Positions 60,734 to 64,000 of a stretch of 64,000 nucleotides of DNA are shown here, piece by piece. Made by a program: the position numbers and the translations under genes. The notes beneath the pieces are model-generated. The model worked only from the letters and a program-made list of their open reading frames with translations. It was not told the origin of the DNA and did no database searches. The stretch is from the NCBI RefSeq assembly GCF_964213995.1, contig NC_135804.1, positions 43,524,001 through 43,588,000 of the forward strand, read 5' to 3'. The first letter of the stretch is position 1. Each line of letters starts with the position of its first letter. This DNA is from Mustelus asterias (Eukaryota).

Positions 60734-61969
60734 CAGCCCAGATTTTGGCCATGATGAAGAGCCTCTCCATTGTGGCGAAAATGACGGATGAGCCCGGAAA
60801 TGCTAAGTACCATCCGCAATCAGGACACTTGCTTTTTGCATGGGGTGAGACTAAAGCTGGGCCAGGGTTCGTGCATAAGCATTTCACAGTGGCAGCCTGG
60901 CATTTAAATCATCATCTGTCCCCACTGAAGTGGAATTTTGGTCAGCCTGAGTAACCCAGGGTGGTGCAGATTGCACCAAGTAATAGCAGGCCTGAATTTG
61001 ACCGATTCGTTTGGATAGACAGTGTACTCCTTAGAAGTACTATACCCCCTCGGATATGGTCTCCAGACACCTTTGTGAGATGTAAGGCACCCTTTGGGAA
61101 AGGTGATGCAGCCTTTGGAATTGTTGCATGTAAACATGATTGTATGTTAAAAAGTGCATAAACTCATTTGGAGCTGTCAAAGCTGTCAAAGAACTGTCAA
61201 AGAATATTAGGTGAGTTGGCATGGAGAGGTGGGGACATGAGTTGGCACTAAGTTGGCACAGGGTCTATAAGTGGCCATGGGGATGTGGGGGGCATGGGGG
61301 TATGAAGGTCCATGGGTGGATAGAATGACATAGGTTGCCATAGAGGATATGAAAGGTTGGGTGGGAGGCTTGAGGTGGCATAGGTTGGCATGGATGGGGC
61401 ATGAACGGTGTGTGGAGGCTAGAGGGCTTTTATTTACTCTTTTCAATCATTTTTTAACAATTTGCTGGAGCACAGAGGCAGGCTTTCCTCTGCCTCTGCA
61501 CCCAGGAGCCTCTGCACCCAGGAGCCTCTGCACTTGAACAAAGAGAGTTTTTTGACAGCTTTGACAGTTCCAATGAGTTTATGCACTTTTTAACATACAA
61601 TCATGTTTACATGCAACAATTCCAAAGGCTGCATTACCTCTCCCAAAGGGTGCCTTACTTCTCACAAAGGTGTCTGGAGACCATATCCGAGGGGGTATAG
61701 TACTTCTAAGGAGTACACTGTCTATCCAAACGAATCGGTCAAATTCAGGCCTGCTACTACTTGGTGCAATCTGCACCACCCTGGGCTACTCAGGCCGACC
61801 AAAATTCCACTTCAGTGGAGGCAGCAGACTCGACTTCTAATCCAACCTGTATACCTGCCCCACGGAACAGAAATCTGACCTGTGGTCTGCCATTTTTAAA
61901 TGTCATGTTTACCGAGCCGGGAATTCTCCAGTCTCTGCGCACTCTACCTGGGAGCACCAATCTGGGCTG
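60734..61969. mobile_element. ~1.24-kb TIR element containing a long internal inverted repeat
   Basis: 11-bp TIR CAGCCCAGATT / AATCTGGGCTG; CTC/CTG flanks. Confidence 0.55.
60922..61818. repeat. ~275-bp inverted repeat with ~350-bp spacer
   Basis: 60922-61195 is the reverse complement of 61546-61818, with about ten differences counted by eye. Confidence 0.95.
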
Positions 61970-62157
61970 CTGAATCACAAGGTTTTGGGTTCAAACGCCA
62001 TCCCAGTAAATGTTTTCAACTACAGCCATTAGAGTTCTGGTTTTGGAGATTGAGCAGTTATTGGCGTCACTGTGGTGCATCCGTGAGGCTGAGAGCTATG
62101 GAGACAGAATATTGCTAGTTGTGGTGATTCCTAAAAACTGGAATTAAGAATCTACTG

Positions 62158-62408
62158 ATGACAATGAAACCATTGCCGATTGTTGGAAAAACACATCTGG
62201 TTCACTAATGTCCTTTTGGGGGAGGAAATCTGCCGTCCTTACCTGGTCTGGCCTACATGTGACTCCAGACCCACTGCAATGTAGTTGACTCTCAAATGCC
62301 CTCTGAAATGGCCCAGCAAGGCACTCAGTTCAAGGGGGGGATGACTCGGGAGGGGCAATTACTGTTGGTCAGCCAGCGACGCCCATGTCCCACGAATGAA
62401 TAAAAGAA
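62158..62408 (+). mobile_element. CR1/L2-group LINE-derived 3' UTR repeat
   Basis: GGAAATCTGCCGTCCTTACCTGGTCTGGCCTACATGTGACTCCAGAC...CCCATGTCCCACGAATGAATAAAA. Confidence 0.65.
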
Positions 62409-62559
62409 TCCCTGCTGCACATGAGTGTGTAGGAATGGGTGACTGCTGGACAGTCAAGGAGGGCCAGGTAGGCAATACAGGATTCCTGCTCTCCAACTGA
62501 CGTCCCTTTCTGAATACTGGTGAGAGGGATGCTTTCTCTTGGAATTGTAGCCAAGTACA

Positions 62560-63088
62560 TGTGCAGTTCTGGTCCCCACATTACAGGAAGGATGTGGAGG
62601 CTTTGGAGAGGGTGCAGAGGAGGTTTACCAGGATGTTGCCTGGTATGGAGGGGAGATCCTATGAGGAGAGGCTGAGGGATTTGGGATTGTTTTCGCTGGA
62701 AAGGCGGCGGCTAAGAGGGGATCTTATTGAAACATATAAGATGATTAGAGGTTTAGATAGGGTGGATAGTGATAGCCTTTTTCCTCTGATGGAGAAATCC
62801 AGCACGAGGGGGCATGGCTTTAAATTGAGGGGGGGTAGTTATAGAACCGATGTCAGGGGTAGGTTCTTTACCCAGAGGGTGGTGAGGGATTGGAATGCCC
62901 TGCCAGCATCAGTAGTAAATGCGCCTAGTTTGGGGGCGTTTAAGAGATCCGTAGATAGGTTCATGGACGAAAAGAAATTGGTTTAGGTTGGAGGGTCACA
63001 GTTTTTTTTTTAACTGGTCGGTGCAACATCGTGGGCCGAAGGGCCTGTTCTGCGCTGTAATGTTCTATGTTCTATGTTCTATGTTCTA
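62560..63088 (+). mobile_element. Young 5'-truncated CR1 LINE
   Basis: Open ORF 62561-62986 QFWSPHYRKDVEALERVQRRFT...; (TGTTCTA)n tail. Confidence 0.95.
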
Positions 63089-63119
63089 CCACAGCTGGAT
63101 TCAGGGGGAAGATTCAGAA

Positions 63120-63860
63120 AAGCATTAGCGATAACGATTTATGTAGTTAGGAGAACTAACTGCTTCTGTAAACACAAAGTTGAATCCAAGCTGGTATGTT
63201 GCCTCCCTGGTGGCAGGATCAAGGATGTCTCTGAATGGCTGCAGAGCAGTCTAAGGAGAGAGGATGAACAGCCAATTGTCGTGTTCCATATCACTACAAA
63301 TGGCAGAGGTAGAAAGAGTGATGAGGTCCCGCAGGCAGATTTTAGCCAGCTAGAAAGAAGAAGCAGAAGCAGAATCTCAAAGGTTTTGGGAATACGTCCA
63401 GTGTCATGTGCTGGTGAATATAGAAACATGACAGGGAGGAGAAGGCTGTGGACTGCTCGACATGGCTCCACATGGTCCAGCAAGGCACTAGCCACTTTGG
63501 CACTCAGCGACTCGACAGCGAGGTAAAATGACGAAAGCCAACCCCGAGTTGTGAATTCCACTCCCAGCACAACAACATGTCTCTACAGAAGAAGAACTCG
63601 TCGATTCAGAATTGGGCTCCTCAGTCATCTGAAGACTCACCAAGCTAGGCAGATGTCATCCTCGAGGGGCCGCTGCCGATGACAATGAGAAATACGAGAA
63701 TAGGGCAATTGAATATGTGGCTGAATAGATGGTGCAGGAAAGGGATCTTCAGATTCCTGGGACATCGGGACTGGTTTAGGGAAGGTGGAACCTATACAGG
63801 CTGTACTCATTACACTTCAACAGAGTCAGTTTGCTGGTACTTTTGGCAACTAACTTGGAT
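63120..63860 (+). mobile_element. Degraded CR1 ORF1 (SGNH/GDSL esterase-like) fragment
   Basis: VCCLPGGRIKDVSEWLQ..EQPIVVFHITTN...R|IGQLNMWLNRWCRKGIFRFLGH. Confidence 0.75.
63432..63687 (+). mobile_element. RTE-clade LINE 3' end inserted in CR1 ORF1
   Basis: C-terminal Zn-finger remnant RIGLLSHLKTH; short 3' UTR with GAT-like tail; flanks AGAAACATGA / AGAAATACGA. Confidence 0.6.
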
Positions 63861-64000
63861 AATCTGGGAACCAGGAAAGCATTAGAAAGGAGAAACAAGC
63901 TGCCCAAAGGAATGGGAGAGATAGAAAACACTAGATCAATAAATAATAAGGTATTAAGTGGGGTCAATGTAAGAGAGAATGCAGTAAGATCTAAATGTGA

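Noticed and set aside
60904-61878. Twin near-identical ORFs on opposite strands as duplicated genes
   Set aside because: They are a by-product of the inverted repeat; no domain or splice context.
1-64000. Most ORFs in the six-frame track as host genes
   Set aside because: They are short, overlap SINEs, MITEs or low-complexity DNA, recur wherever the repeat recurs (e.g. SAWVSSGCSGFLP from HE1), and show no recognisable domain.

Overview
This is eukaryotic, largely non-coding DNA from a cartilaginous fish. The HE1/V-SINE and HER1/CR1 repeats point to a shark, possibly a carcharhiniform (inference). I cannot identify any intact host gene; the window looks like a large intron or gene desert. Roughly half is transposon-derived: about 14 tRNA-derived V-SINEs with two different 3' tails; many 5'-truncated CR1, L2, Rex/Babar-like and RTE LINE fragments; three Penelope-like (GIY-YIG) elements carrying minimal hammerhead-ribozyme motifs; a short hammerhead-bearing repeat family; a decayed Gypsy gag-pol; a DeuSINE; and many non-autonomous TIR elements with 3-bp target duplications (PIF/Harbinger-like). 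The most notable observations are: (i) TIR elements inserted three times at the same trinucleotide, the predicted cleavage triplet of the hammerhead repeat; (ii) stem covariation among the Penelope hammerheads; (iii) a 12-bp target present three times around a compound Penelope insertion; (iv) a near-perfect ~275-bp inverted repeat; (v) one good orphan exon candidate on the minus strand. I see no evidence for a new multi-gene system. Family names come from recalled consensus motifs, not database searches, and repeat boundaries are approximate unless a TSD is quoted.
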